Origin: an uncultured Gammaproteobacteria bacterium
Lineage (GTDB): Bacteria; Pseudomonadota; Gammaproteobacteria; JASBUN01
DNA length: 64,000 nt
Assembly: GCA_963773585.1 (NCBI GenBank)
Contig: CAVZBR010000004.1
Span: forward strand, 931,134-995,133
Direction: 5' to 3'
The stretch's first letter is position 1. Each line of letters begins with the position of its first letter. The position numbers were made by a program, and so were the translations under genes. The notes below the pieces were generated by a model that was not told where the DNA came from, made no database searches, and saw only the letters and a program-made list of their open reading frames with translations. Below, in pieces: positions 32,422 through 41,412 of this stretch.

Positions 32422-32754
32422 ATGACAAGGACGTTGTCAGAATACCTGGATGATGCGGGAGTATCTCCCTTTGCCCGCTGGTTCAGCGCTCTCAGTGCCA
32501 GCCCGGCGGCCAAGGTCACAACGACGCTGTACCGGTTCGAGCAGGGCAATACCTCCAACGTAAAGCCTGTAGGAGGCGATGTCGCCGAGCTGCGCATCGA
32601 TTTTGGCCCAGGGTATCGTGTGTACTTCGGCCAGAGCGGCCCGGTTCTAGTAGTTCTGCTTGCCGCCGGGACGAAGAAGCGCCAGCAGCGGGACATCGAT
32701 CTGGCGCGGAAGCGCTGGGCGGACTACAAGCGAAGAAAACGGGCAGCGAGGTAA
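32422..32754 (+). CDS. Type II toxin-antitoxin system toxin, 'addiction module killer' (RelE/HigB-like) family
   Basis: '...FARWF..L...AKV...L.R.EQGN.SNVKPVGGDVAELRIDFGPGYRVYF...VLVVLLAAGTKKRQQRDIDLA' matches the phage-related killer-protein family. Confidence 0.6.
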   Translation: MTRTLSEYLDDAGVSPFARWFSALSASPAAKVTTTLYRFEQGNTSNVKPVGGDVAELRIDFGPGYRVYFGQSGPVLVVLLAAGTKKRQQRDIDLARKRWADYKRRKRAAR

Positions 32755-32759
32755 CAGCA

Positions 32760-33086
32760 ATGGCTCTGACGCGCCATTTTAGAGAAACCATTCAGGCACG
32801 CGCGCAGCGCGATACGCGTTTTCGCCACGCTCTGCTCACGGAGGCAGTTAATGATTTACTCAGCGGAGATCTTGCCGCCGGCAAGGCCCTGTTGCGCGAC
32901 TACGTGAATGCAACGATCGGATTCGATCAGCTTTCCGCCGAAGTTGAGCGGCCGGTCAAGAGTCTGCAACGTATGCTTGGTCCATCCGGGAACCCGACTG
33001 CGGATAATCTCGTCGCCATTCTGAAAGTGTTGCAAGCGTACGAATCGGTACAGATTCGCGTAAAGTTGGAGAAGGATGCCGCGTAA
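32760..33086 (+). CDS. Cognate antitoxin, 'addiction module antidote' HTH protein (HigA-like)
   Basis: 108 aa, lying 6 nt downstream of the toxin gene. Typical antidote-family architecture. Confidence 0.55.
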   Translation: MALTRHFRETIQARAQRDTRFRHALLTEAVNDLLSGDLAAGKALLRDYVNATIGFDQLSAEVERPVKSLQRMLGPSGNPTADNLVAILKVLQAYESVQIRVKLEKDAA

Positions 33087-33107
33087 GTAAATAGAGAAAT
33101 CGAGGAC

Positions 33108-33158
33108 AAATCGGGGACAGGCCACGGCGTGGGGAGAGAATCGGGGACAGACCACCTT
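33108..33158. repeat. Two direct REP1 copies (AATCGGGGACAG[G/A]CCAC) immediately upstream of RAYT1
   Basis: Read directly in the sequence. An inverted REP1 copy lies downstream of the gene at 33923-33938. Confidence 0.75.
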
Positions 33159-33213
33159 TTTATTTCATCCGGAAGGATAGCCGGATTCAGTACAAACGGA
33201 TAAGGAGATCCGC

Positions 33214-33912
33214 ATGCCGCGACGCGCTCGCATCGCTGTGCCGGGTGTTGCCTGGCACATCATCCAGCGCGGCAACAATCGTTCCGCTTGTTTCTACGCG
33301 GACGAAGACTACCGCAAGTACCTTGATATCCTGCGCGACCAAGCGAAAGCACACGGGTGCGCCGTGCACGCCTATGTGTTGATGACGAACCATGTCCACT
33401 TGCTGGTGACGCCGGACCGGGCCGACAGCGCAAGCCTTATGATGAAGCACCTGGGGCAGCGCTACGTGCAGTACGTCAACCGCGTCTATCGTCGGACGGG
33501 AACACTGTGGGAAGGCCGCTTTCGCTCCTGCTTGGCGCAGCACGACGGCTATGTCCTTGCGTGTTACCGTTACATTGAGTTGAATCCAATCCGTGCCGCG
33601 ATGGTAGAGCATCCGGCCGACTATCCGTGGTCGAGCTTCTGTGCTAACGCACAGGGCAAGCCCGATGCACTTGTAACGCCCCACGCCGACTACATCGCGC
33701 TGGACTGTGAGCCCCCGGCACGGCGGCGCGCATACCGGCAGTTATTCCGTGCGCACATGGACCCAACGCTTGTCGATGAGATCCGCGCGGCCACCAATGG
33801 CAATTTCGTCTTGGGCAACGCCCGGTTCAAAGACGACGTGGCCAGAATGCTCGACCGACGGGTGGTGCCCGGAAACCCTGGGCGGCCAAAGGCGGATCCG
33901 ACCCGCGGCTAG
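33214..33912 (+). CDS. REP-associated tyrosine transposase (RAYT, IS200/Y1-like), paralog 1
   Basis: 'HIIQRGNNRSACF', the HuH motif 'VLMTNHVHLLV', and the catalytic-Tyr region 'YRYIELNPIRAAMV', 232 aa, flanked by REP1 copies. Confidence 0.8.
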   Translation: MPRRARIAVPGVAWHIIQRGNNRSACFYADEDYRKYLDILRDQAKAHGCAVHAYVLMTNHVHLLVTPDRADSASLMMKHLGQRYVQYVNRVYRRTGTLWEGRFRSCLAQHDGYVLACYRYIELNPIRAAMVEHPADYPWSSFCANAQGKPDALVTPHADYIALDCEPPARRRAYRQLFRAHMDPTLVDEIRAATNGNFVLGNARFKDDVARMLDRRVVPGNPGRPKADPTRG

Positions 33913-33922
33913 CGGCGAAAAA

Positions 33923-33938
33923 CGTGGTCTGTCCCCGG
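33923..33938. repeat. Inverted REP1 copy (CGTGGTCTGTCCCCGG) downstream of RAYT1
   Basis: Reverse complement of the REP1 core. Together with the upstream copies it brackets the gene. Confidence 0.7.
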
Positions 33939-34231
33939 TTTCTTCCGCGCGCATTTAGAATATTTGTGCAGAGAACTCAAAAAGGCTAACAATCCCTGTA
34001 AAAGGGGACGGAGGGATCGTAGGGAAAAAGGTGACAGATTAACTTTTTTCAATGTGTCTCGCGCCGTTCGGCTTTGGAAGAATAAATGCGGTGCCGTTTT
34101 CTACGAAGGAGATTAAAACATGGCGGTACATACGATCGGAGTGCAGCGCGACCGAGTTTGCGCGTGGCACTGAGGCGCTACTCCGTTGACCTACTGTGGC
34201 GCCTGCTCGGAACGACCGGCGAGCACCCTAT

Positions 34232-35080
34232 ATGATCCAGTTGTACTCCAAGCGATTGCTGTATCCATATATCGGTGTTGTCCAGGTCGCCGAGACGGGA
34301 CGAGCACGGGCGATGAGCCCGGACGGTATCCGTTGGGCTATCCAATACGCGGTCACTGAAGACGCGCGACAGCAGAAACGTGAGGGATTGCTCGATCAAG
34401 CTCGGCACTTCGCAATCGTTGCGACTATCGAGCATGGGCAGTTGAACCGCCGCGGTCTGCGTCCTTTCCTTGATACAGCTGACGTTCGTGCGTCGATCGA
34501 TCGGCTTTACGAAGTGCTTGTTGAGGCGAATTTGCCGTTTCCCGCCGCCGATCGATTTGAGTATTGGCTATTGGACCCCGCGGATGACAGCCCATTGGCG
34601 CTATTGCACTCATGCATCCGGCGAGAGGAAATGGCATCAGTTCCACGCGCCTCGTGGGTGGCAATGACGGCCGCGCAGCTCGAAGTTCCCGATCCGGATG
34701 CCAATCCCAACACCTATGTGCCGCCCGTAAACTACCGCTTGCAGCAAATGGTCGACGAGCGAGCAGGCCGGAAACCAAAAGCGGTTTGGTTCGAGCGTAA
34801 GGTGTCTGATGACCATCGCTTCCCTCCCTGTCTGATCCGGGAAGACTGGAACAGTGAACAGCAGAGAAACCTTTGCGGTCGATACATCAATCGGCTCGCG
34901 CCCCGGCTGTTGATGATCCACGGGCTGCCCAAAGAGGTGCGATCCCGTTTGGAGCGTGCCGCCTGTGAGTACGCCTTAGAGGTGGAACAGTTCTTTCCGC
35001 TATATCCTGAAGTCGAGGACGAAAGTCTGATGAATGCTGTACGGGTCGAAGCCCACTTACGGCGCGCCGCCCAGGATTAG
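34232..35080 (+). CDS. Hypothetical protein (about 282 aa), no recognisable domain
   Basis: Coding-like ORF between the RAYT1 module and the CSD/DUF1294-RAYT2 module. Start ambiguous (34196 or 34232). Confidence 0.4.
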   Translation: MIQLYSKRLLYPYIGVVQVAETGRARAMSPDGIRWAIQYAVTEDARQQKREGLLDQARHFAIVATIEHGQLNRRGLRPFLDTADVRASIDRLYEVLVEANLPFPAADRFEYWLLDPADDSPLALLHSCIRREEMASVPRASWVAMTAAQLEVPDPDANPNTYVPPVNYRLQQMVDERAGRKPKAVWFERKVSDDHRFPPCLIREDWNSEQQRNLCGRYINRLAPRLLMIHGLPKEVRSRLERAACEYALEVEQFFPLYPEVEDESLMNAVRVEAHLRRAAQD

Positions 35081-35112
35081 GAAAACCGCGGTCAAAAACC
35101 GCAAATTCAGCA

Positions 35113-35135
35113 AATTCAGGGTCAGATCCCAATTT
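35113..35135. repeat. REP2 copy (AATTCAGGGTCAGATCCCAATTT), inverted relative to the REP2 pair at 36694-36740
   Basis: GGGTCAGATCCC here versus GGGATCTGACCC downstream. Confidence 0.65.
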
Positions 35136-35234
35136 CCGCTAATGTTCGCGTCCAAAGCGTCGAATAATATGGACCAACCCACGTCCTTCCGGATAGTGGT
35201 CGACTTTCATCGTCTCCCTAGCTAGGGCTGCCGC

Positions 35235-35843
35235 GTGCGCGTCAAAGGTCGGGTCACATCTTGGAACGACGAAAAGGGCTACGGGTTCATTACTCCCGCC
35301 GATGGGCATGGACGCGTGTTCGTTCACATCAGCGCGTTCGGCAATCGCAATCGCCGCCCCGAGCTTAACCAAGTGGTCACGTATGCCTTGTCCAAGGGTA
35401 AGCAGGGTCGGCCCTGCGCGGCCAGGGCGACACTGGCCGGTGACCGTCTTTCCGTGGAACGAAAGCGAACGAAAAGGTGGTTGCCGATACTGGGCGCGGG
35501 CAGCTTTCTTGGCATCGTCGCCGCGTTGGCGACGTCCGGCAGGTTACCGCCATTCGTGTTCGCAGCGTATGCAGCGGCAAGCGTGCTCACATTCGCCGTC
35601 TATGCGTCGGACAAAGCTGCGGCGAAGAGGAACGCTTGGCGAACCAAAGAGAGCACGTTGCATATGCTGGCGCTCGTCGGAGGCTGGCCAGGCGCGTTGA
35701 TCGCCCAGCAGAAGCTGCGCCACAAGTCCACGAAGCAGGCTTTTCGCTCCGTGTTTTTGGTGACGGCATTATTGAACTGCGTGGCCCTTGTTTGGCTATT
35801 GACGCCCGCAGGCGCAGCCGCATTGAAGGCTTTGCCGTTCTGA
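35235..35843 (+). CDS. Cold-shock-domain protein fused to a DUF1294-type membrane domain
   Basis: N-terminal 'MRVKGRVTSWNDEKGYGFITPADGHGRVFVHISAF' is a CspA-like fold, followed by three TM helices. GTG start. Confidence 0.65.
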   Translation: MRVKGRVTSWNDEKGYGFITPADGHGRVFVHISAFGNRNRRPELNQVVTYALSKGKQGRPCAARATLAGDRLSVERKRTKRWLPILGAGSFLGIVAALATSGRLPPFVFAAYAAASVLTFAVYASDKAAAKRNAWRTKESTLHMLALVGGWPGALIAQQKLRHKSTKQAFRSVFLVTALLNCVALVWLLTPAGAAALKALPF

Positions 35844-35950
35844 GCGAGAGCGGAAGGAAGGCGGCGGCCCCGATTTCCGCTGGTATTCGCCCCCCGGAAG
35901 GGCGTATCTGAATCTGAATCCGACGATACCGGTTCACAAGGAGGTGAACT

Positions 35951-36664
35951 GTGCCACGAAAACCGCGCTTTGCGCTTCCCGGCATGCCCCAGCACGTCAT
36001 TCAACGGGGCAACAATCGGGAGCCCTGTTTCTTCGCAGAAGACGATTATCGGCATTACCTGGACCTGTTGAAGGAGGCCTCAGACCGCAATCGTTGCCAC
36101 ATTCACGCCTATGTGCTGATGACCAACCATGTGCACGTGCTGGCCACGCCTTCCACTGCATACCGTATCTCGCACATGATGCAGGATCTCGGTCGGAAGT
36201 ACGTACGCCACATCAACGGCGTGTACAGGCGCAGCGGCACGCTCTGGGAGGGCCGCTTCAAGGCCAGTCTGGTTGGCTCGGACGCGTATCTGCTGACCTG
36301 TATGCGCTACATCGAGCTCAACCCGGTGCGCTCAGGTATGGTGAGGCATCCCGGTGAACATCCGTGGTCCAGCTACCGCGCAAACGCTCTTGGCGAACCG
36401 GACACGCTTGTCGCGCCTCACGCCCTCTTTCAGTCACTCGATACTGCAAGGGCGGGTCGGCAACGGACCTACCGCGAGCTGTTCCGGGCGCACCTGGAAC
36501 CCGGCGAGGCCCACGCGATCCGCGTTGCCCTGAACCAGCCACTGGTACTGGGCCGGGATGACTTCAAGGACAGAATTGAGCGGATGACTCAGCGACGGGC
36601 GCGGCCGGGCAAGCCGGGGCGGCCTCGCACGAGAGAGTCAGCGGTGCCCGCTTCGGATGCCTGA
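35951..36664 (+). CDS. REP-associated tyrosine transposase (RAYT), paralog 2
   Basis: 'HVIQRGNNREPCF', 'VLMTNHVHVLATP', 'MRYIELNPVRSGMV', 237 aa, ~55% identical to paralog 1. RBS AAGGAGG upstream. Confidence 0.8.
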   Translation: MPRKPRFALPGMPQHVIQRGNNREPCFFAEDDYRHYLDLLKEASDRNRCHIHAYVLMTNHVHVLATPSTAYRISHMMQDLGRKYVRHINGVYRRSGTLWEGRFKASLVGSDAYLLTCMRYIELNPVRSGMVRHPGEHPWSSYRANALGEPDTLVAPHALFQSLDTARAGRQRTYRELFRAHLEPGEAHAIRVALNQPLVLGRDDFKDRIERMTQRRARPGKPGRPRTRESAVPASDA

Positions 36665-36693
36665 GCGGGTGCCTGCGGGAGTGTATTAGGACA

Positions 36694-36740
36694 AATTGGG
36701 ATCTGACCCCAATTCCCCGGCGGCGTGACCCCAATTCCCG
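36694..36740. repeat. Two REP2 copies (AATTGGGATCTGACCCCAATT ... GACCCCAATTCCCGG) downstream of RAYT2
   Basis: Read in the sequence. Further REP2 copies occur at 39673-39690 and, partially, at 23650-23690. Confidence 0.7.
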
Positions 36741-36993
36741 GCGATTTCGTCTAGACTCTGATGCGGCGCTGCCGCTGGGTTAGAGGCGCACACACGGCCA
36801 ACCACGCGAACCGCCGTAGGAGCGCATGCGCAGACGGACGCGGTCGGAGGCACCAGCGGATTGGTCTCGACAGCGGCATAGCGGCCGGCACGAAGTGGGA
36901 TCGACAGGCAGGCAGCCCCGTTGACGCGTAGACACGCATCCGCCGCGGCTTTCAACGATCCCAAACGGCCGCGAGTGGCCAAGGAGGCAGCCC

Positions 36994-37500
36994 ATGTACA
37001 AGCACATCTTGATACCGACCGACGGATCCCCGCTATCGAGGAAGGCGATCGAGGAAGCGGTGTCCCTGGCCAAGGCGTTGGGCGGCCGGGTCACGGGGAT
37101 CACGGTGATACCGGAATTTGACACGCCCGATGCTCATCGGGATTTCATTCGCGCGTACGGCCAAGGATGGACCATGCCGGGCACTCTGCCGGAGGGACCG
37201 CCCCCGCCACCCGCGACGGCGGACGAACACGAGCAGCGGGCACAAGGAATGGCCGCGCATTATCTCGGCGCCATCGAGACGGCAGCCAATAGCCAGGATG
37301 TACCCTATGAGGGAGTCTACCGCATCCACGGCCATCCTTACGAAGCGATTATCGAGACGGCGAGGAACCGCGGCTGCGACCTCATTGCCATGGCGTCCCA
37401 TGGTTGGCGCGGAGTCAAGGGCATTGTCCTCGGCAGCGAGACCCACAAGGTCATCACCCATGGCACGCTCCCGGTGCTGGTGCTGCGCTCCACTGAATAG
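36994..37500 (+). CDS. Universal stress protein (UspA family)
   Basis: 'MYKHILIPTDGSPLSRKAIEEAVSLAK...' and C-terminal 'GSETHKVITHGTLPVLVL'. It contains a Pro-rich insert. Confidence 0.75.
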   Translation: MYKHILIPTDGSPLSRKAIEEAVSLAKALGGRVTGITVIPEFDTPDAHRDFIRAYGQGWTMPGTLPEGPPPPPATADEHEQRAQGMAAHYLGAIETAANSQDVPYEGVYRIHGHPYEAIIETARNRGCDLIAMASHGWRGVKGIVLGSETHKVITHGTLPVLVLRSTE

Positions 37501-37736
37501 GGCGGGCAAGCTGCGATAACTAAGGGGTAGCAAGGGGTCCGTCGGGAATGGACCATCAGTAAAAGGGCACAGACTATTTTCCCTTTCAGCGGGGCCAGCT
37601 CACGAGAGAGCGAACGGGGCGGATTGATTTTCCCTAATCCCCGCAGCGGAGCAAGCAGGGTTAGCCGACAGAATCAATCGGGGGGGCAGCTCATTCCAAC
37701 CCCTTTTCACGTGGCGCCTCACTCCGATTCTTTTTT

Positions 37737-38719
37737 TCAGCTTGCGGTAGGCTGCAACTCCCTAAGCCGCTCCACGAATGCCGACATGCTGGCAGAAGGA
37801 AGCAACACCAAGCGCTTGGCGTATTGCTTGCAGAACTGCTTGACGCGCTGGTAAGCGTCGTGGCTGACACAATCGAGCGGACAAACGACGGCATCGGCTT
37901 GGGGAAGAAGGTTGGCCAAGTGAGCGCGACTGTCTTCGAGGCCGCCGTCGTGACAAATCAACCGACCGTTGCAGCGCTGCACCAATTGGGTGAGATGAGC
38001 CGTTACATTCTGACGACCGCCTACGTATAGGATGCAGCGTCCGCACAGATCCACGTCGCAGGTTTGTTTGCTTGTCTGTCCTTGGCAAGGCTCGGTGCAC
38101 GCGTCATCCAGCTGCGCTTGCACGTATATCTCCAATGCGTCCCTTTCGCGGCAGGTCTGACCCAGCAACTCGCGCGTTTGGCAATGTGCGCGATGCTCGA
38201 ACTCAGCGCGCTGGCGCGCCCCGTCACGCCCGGCTTCAGCGCGTTCACGTGCCAGACGCGACTCCGCTAGCTGGGCGGCATAGGACTTCGCTTGGGCGTG
38301 CAGTCGGCGCACCAGATCGTTATTCTCCAGCTCATCCAACCGCGCACGGGCGTCGACCAATTGCCGTTCGGCGCGGATCGCCGCGCGAAGCCGTTGCTGC
38401 AAGTACTGTAGTTTCTCGTTGTACTGATTCTGACGGCGGTGCAGGTCCTGTTGGCGCTGTTCCAACTTGGTCAGCAGCGACGCAACGCGGCTTTCCAACC
38501 AACGTATGCGCTTCACACTCCTACGCTGACTGGCGCCGCCCAGATGGGAAAGCATGTGCAATTCGCCGGTGACCCGCTCCTGCAACGAGGACGGAAGCGT
38601 AGGATGGGTAAGCAAGGCCCAATAGGCGCCGGCTACGTCGCCTTGCGCCACGGCTTCCCGCCAACCGTGCTCCAGCTGGGGTCCATCTGAGTATTGGGAA
38701 AATTGGATAATACTGTCGC
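37737..38719 (-). CDS. DUF2325-domain protein with N-terminal coiled coil; 5' end uncertain
   Basis: C-terminal 'ILYVGGRQN...LICHDGGLEDS...VVCPLDCVSHDAYQRVKQFCKQ' matches DUF2325. The extended ORF to 38771 reads through a REP1 copy (ENVVCPRS) and is rejected. Confidence 0.55.
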
Positions 38720-38879
38720 GGTACTTCGACCGGGGACAGACCACGTTTTCTCGCCATCCGGCAACAAGCAACCGGGAGCGGAAAAATCGTGGGCGGTCCC
38801 CGTTTTTTCCCGCCGAGCTTCACGTCGGCGATAATGGTGTAGCCGACTTGTGAAAGACGGCTCCACTGCGCAGTGCATT

Positions 38880-39176
38880 TCAGTCGCCGAGGTCTTCCTT
38901 GGACGCCTCGAGGTCATCCACCTTAGACCAGGCTGGGAACCGAGGCTTGTCGAGCGTCTTGTTGGCAAAGCGGTCGAATGCAGCATTCAGCCGTACGTCC
39001 GCTTTTGCCTCCCGGTTGTCGATTACGCCGTTGGCATCCTGATCCAGGATCTGGAAACGCTTCTCCAGCTGCATTTCGTGGCTGGAGATCTCACCCGCCT
39101 GGACGATTCCAATAACGCCGATTTCTACCAAGGCCAGCGCTGTCGCCAGCCCAACACTGTGGGCGGCATAGTTCAT
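38880..39176 (-). CDS. EF-hand calcium-binding protein with signal peptide
   Basis: Canonical EF-hand loop 'DQDANGVIDNRE' and a second degenerate loop. N-terminal hydrophobic signal. Confidence 0.65.
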   Translation of the reverse strand: MNYAAHSVGLATALALVEIGVIGIVQAGEISSHEMQLEKRFQILDQDANGVIDNREAKADVRLNAAFDRFANKTLDKPRFPAWSKVDDLEASKEDLGD

Positions 39177-39320
39177 GGCATTCCTGCGCCCCTGATTTCG
39201 CGGGCCGTTTGTCGCACAAACTGCTGACAGCAGAAAAGGTGACGGATTTATTTTTAGCGCGTTCCGCGCCCCAGCGTCGTCAAATAGATCCGTCCTGTTA
39301 TTCCGGCTTTGGTGTGTAAA

Positions 39321-39500
39321 TCAAGCGACAACGCTCGTTGTATCGCTCTCAAGACTCTGCGAGTACGTCTGCTCGAGGGCGAAGTACTGGTGCAGTAGCT
39401 GTATGGCGATGGAGCCTTCGCCGAGAGCTGACGCCACGCGTTTCACCGACCCGTGTCGAACGTCGCCGGCGGCGAACACGCCGGGCATGCTTGTTTCGAG
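39321..39500 (-). pseudogene. C-terminal fragment of a thioredoxin-reductase-like FAD/NAD(P) oxidoreductase
   Basis: '...TSMPGVFAAGDVRHGSVKRVASALGEGSIAIQLLHQYF' is the TrxR C-terminal FAD motif only. The rest of the ORF is non-homologous. Confidence 0.55.
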
Positions 39501-40269
39501 GAGGAGCGGCCTACGATTGAAGCGCTTCGCGCCGGACTGCGAAGCAGCCGTAACGTACCTGGATGTTCGGAGTCGCTTCCACCTGACGAACGAGATAGTC
39601 CGACACGCCGCGCAGTGATCGTGCGCGCATCCCGAGTGTGACGCGCCGGGCGTATTGGGCAACGGCCCAAATAGGGGTCAGATCCCAATTTTCGCTAATA
39701 TTACGGCTAAGCAAAATAGAAAAATCACGGACTAAAAGAGGTCGGTGACAAATGCGAAGAGTTTGCGCTTTCACTTGTCGCCGACTCCTTTTCACTTTCC
39801 GAGCGGGCACGGTGGAGGTGCGCTGCCATGCCTAGCGCGAGCTCTCAGTGGAACAGCTGAACGAACATGACCTTCGTATGATCCGCAAGGCGGTCCATTA
39901 CTGCGGGCGATGATCGACTCCGGGAACAGATTGAACGGCCATACGCGCGACGCCGCGGGTACCGGCTCTAGCCGGCGCAAAAAGACGTTGTCAAAACCGT
40001 CCGCGCGCCCAACAGGCCCCGTCTGGGAACGACCCCGGCGGGTCTTTCAGGTTCGCAGCCGAAGACTGGCGGCAGCTCAGAGGGATCACTTCGGCCCAGC
40101 TTGCGGTTGTGATACGCAATCGACAATCCGAAGCGGCAACGCGAAGGAACCGCTATGCCAAGACGTCCACGGCTCAAGCTTCGGCGCCCTTTTCTTTCAT
40201 TGTCTTCCACATTTTCACGCCGGCCCGTGCCCGCAAGTGAACTTTTGTCTGTTGGGGGCGGTCAAGTGA

Positions 40270-40296
40270 TTGAATGTGGGGGCACGCGCCCCCAAT
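40270..40296 (+). promoter_or_regulatory. Putative sigma-32 (heat-shock) promoter for htpX: TTGAAT-N13-CCCCCAAT
   Basis: Matches the sigma-32 consensus (TTGAAA-N13/14-CCCCATNT). It lies ~38 nt upstream of the htpX ATG. htpX is a sigma-32 regulon member in E. coli. Confidence 0.5.
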
Positions 40297-40333
40297 CCCT
40301 CAGTTGGTCGTCTATTTTCCCGGAGACATGGGC

Positions 40334-41218
40334 ATGAAGCGCATTGTGCTGTTCCTGGCTACTAACCTGGCCGTCATTTTCGTACTCAGCATTACGGCGA
40401 GACTGCTGGGCTTCACCGGTTTTCTGCAGGCCAATGGAGTCGACCTTGACTTGAACTCGCTGCTGATTTTCGCCGCGGTCTTTGGTTTCGGCGGCTCGTT
40501 GATTTCGCTGGCCATTTCCAAATGGACGGCGAAACGGCTCACGCGCGCCAAGGTCATATCCGAGCCGCGCAGCGAGCCCGAACGTTGGCTGGTGTCGACC
40601 GTGACTCGGCAGGCGCAGCAGGCCGGGATCGGAATGCCGGAAGTCGCGGTATTTGAGTCGCCACAACCGAATGCCTTTGCGACCGGTATGACCAAAAACT
40701 CCTCGATGGTGGCCGTGTCCACGGGCTTGCTGCAACACATGAGTCGAGACGAAGTGGAAGCGGTGCTCGGACACGAGATCAGCCACATTGCCAATGGCGA
40801 CATGGTGACACTGGCGCTGATCCAGGGCGTGGTGAACACGTTTGTGATTTTCCTGTCGCGCGTGGTGGGGCACGTGGTCGACCGGGTTGTGTTCAAGACG
40901 GAACGCGGGCACGGCCCGGCGTTCTGGATTACCGCGATCATTGCCGAGCTGGTGCTCGGTATTCTCGCGTCGATGATTGTCTTTTGGTTCTCTCGCCAAC
41001 GCGAATTCCGTGCCGACCGCGGCGGTGCGCAGTTGGCGGGACGTCACAAGATGGTCAGCGCCTTGCAACGACTGCAGCAGGCGCATCCGGCGCCTTTGCC
41101 GGACCAGATGGCAGCCTTCGGTATAGCCGGCGACCTCAAGAGGACCCTTGGACGCCTGTTTATGACCCATCCGCCGTTGGCCGAGCGCATCGTTGCCTTG
41201 CAACGGCTCGAACAATAA
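40334..41218 (+). CDS. htpX: Zinc metalloprotease HtpX
   Basis: '[20 protein letters not shown]' and the HEXXH motif '[12 protein letters not shown]', four TM helices, 294 aa. Confidence 0.9.
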   Translation: MKRIVLFLATNLAVIFVLSITARLLGFTGFLQANGVDLDLNSLLIFAAVFGFGGSLISLAISKWTAKRLTRAKVISEPRSEPERWLVSTVTRQAQQAGIGMPEVAVFESPQPNAFATGMTKNSSMVAVSTGLLQHMSRDEVEAVLGHEISHIANGDMVTLALIQGVVNTFVIFLSRVVGHVVDRVVFKTERGHGPAFWITAIIAELVLGILASMIVFWFSRQREFRADRGGAQLAGRHKMVSALQRLQQAHPAPLPDQMAAFGIAGDLKRTLGRLFMTHPPLAERIVALQRLEQ

Positions 41219-41412
41219 AAACAGACGGATCGACAGGGATCGTGACGGCCGGGAATCCTTTTCATAGTCATCGTCGTCACGGCCAGGAAAGGGACCGTTT
41301 AAATCGTCAGTCGCATCGGCACTGCGACGCCAAGAGACCGCGCGAAAGAAACCAGTCCTTTTCCCCTTGTTCCTTTGTTTTCCTGCTTTCTGACACCCGT
41401 CTCCATTTCCTT

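Noticed and set aside
38720-38771. Extended N-terminus of the DUF2325 gene
   Set aside because: The extension translates a REP1 copy (ENVVCPRS = GGGGACAGACCACGTTTTC). The real start must lie downstream of it.
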